A DNA stretch of 64,000 bases from assembly GCA_951406725.2 (NCBI GenBank), contig OX597814.1, forward strand, positions 202,058,001-202,122,000, written 5' to 3'. The notes below the pieces were generated by a model. It had not been told where the DNA came from. It saw only the letters and a program-made list of their open reading frames with translations, and searched no databases. Positions 63,915 through 64,000 of the stretch are shown piece by piece (the first letter of the stretch is position 1; each line of letters starts with the position of its first letter). The position numbers were made by a program, and so were the translations under genes. The stretch is from Octopus vulgaris. Lineage: Eukaryota.

Positions 63915-64000
63915 TGTCTGTGAGGCATAGGTTGGCTGTGTGGCAAGAAGTTTGCATCCCAACCACATGATTTTAGGTTCAGTCCCATTGCATGGTACCG

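Overview
AT-rich, repeat-saturated animal DNA. The SINE families, microsatellite density and LINE content are most consistent with an octopus/coleoid cephalopod intronic or intergenic region; the species is an inference. No host protein-coding exon could be confidently identified, and almost all ORF-track entries are microsatellite or SINE artefacts. Recognisable content: several tRNA-headed SINE families, RTE and CR1-type LINE 3' fragments, many R4/Dong-like restriction-endonuclease (RLE) LINE fragments in (TAA)n or (CATA)n microsatellites, two decayed mariners, a piggyBac fragment, Helitron and hAT-like non-autonomous elements, a 15 x 44-bp minisatellite and large simple-repeat blocks. The most striking signal is a set of at least four short non-coding element families carrying minimal type-I hammerhead-ribozyme-like motifs with Penelope-type architecture (short stem II, palindromic stem III). 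These include a G3-C8 swapped-core variant and a family that fuses a Pol III tRNA-derived head to one or two hammerhead units and occurs as head-to-head palindromes.
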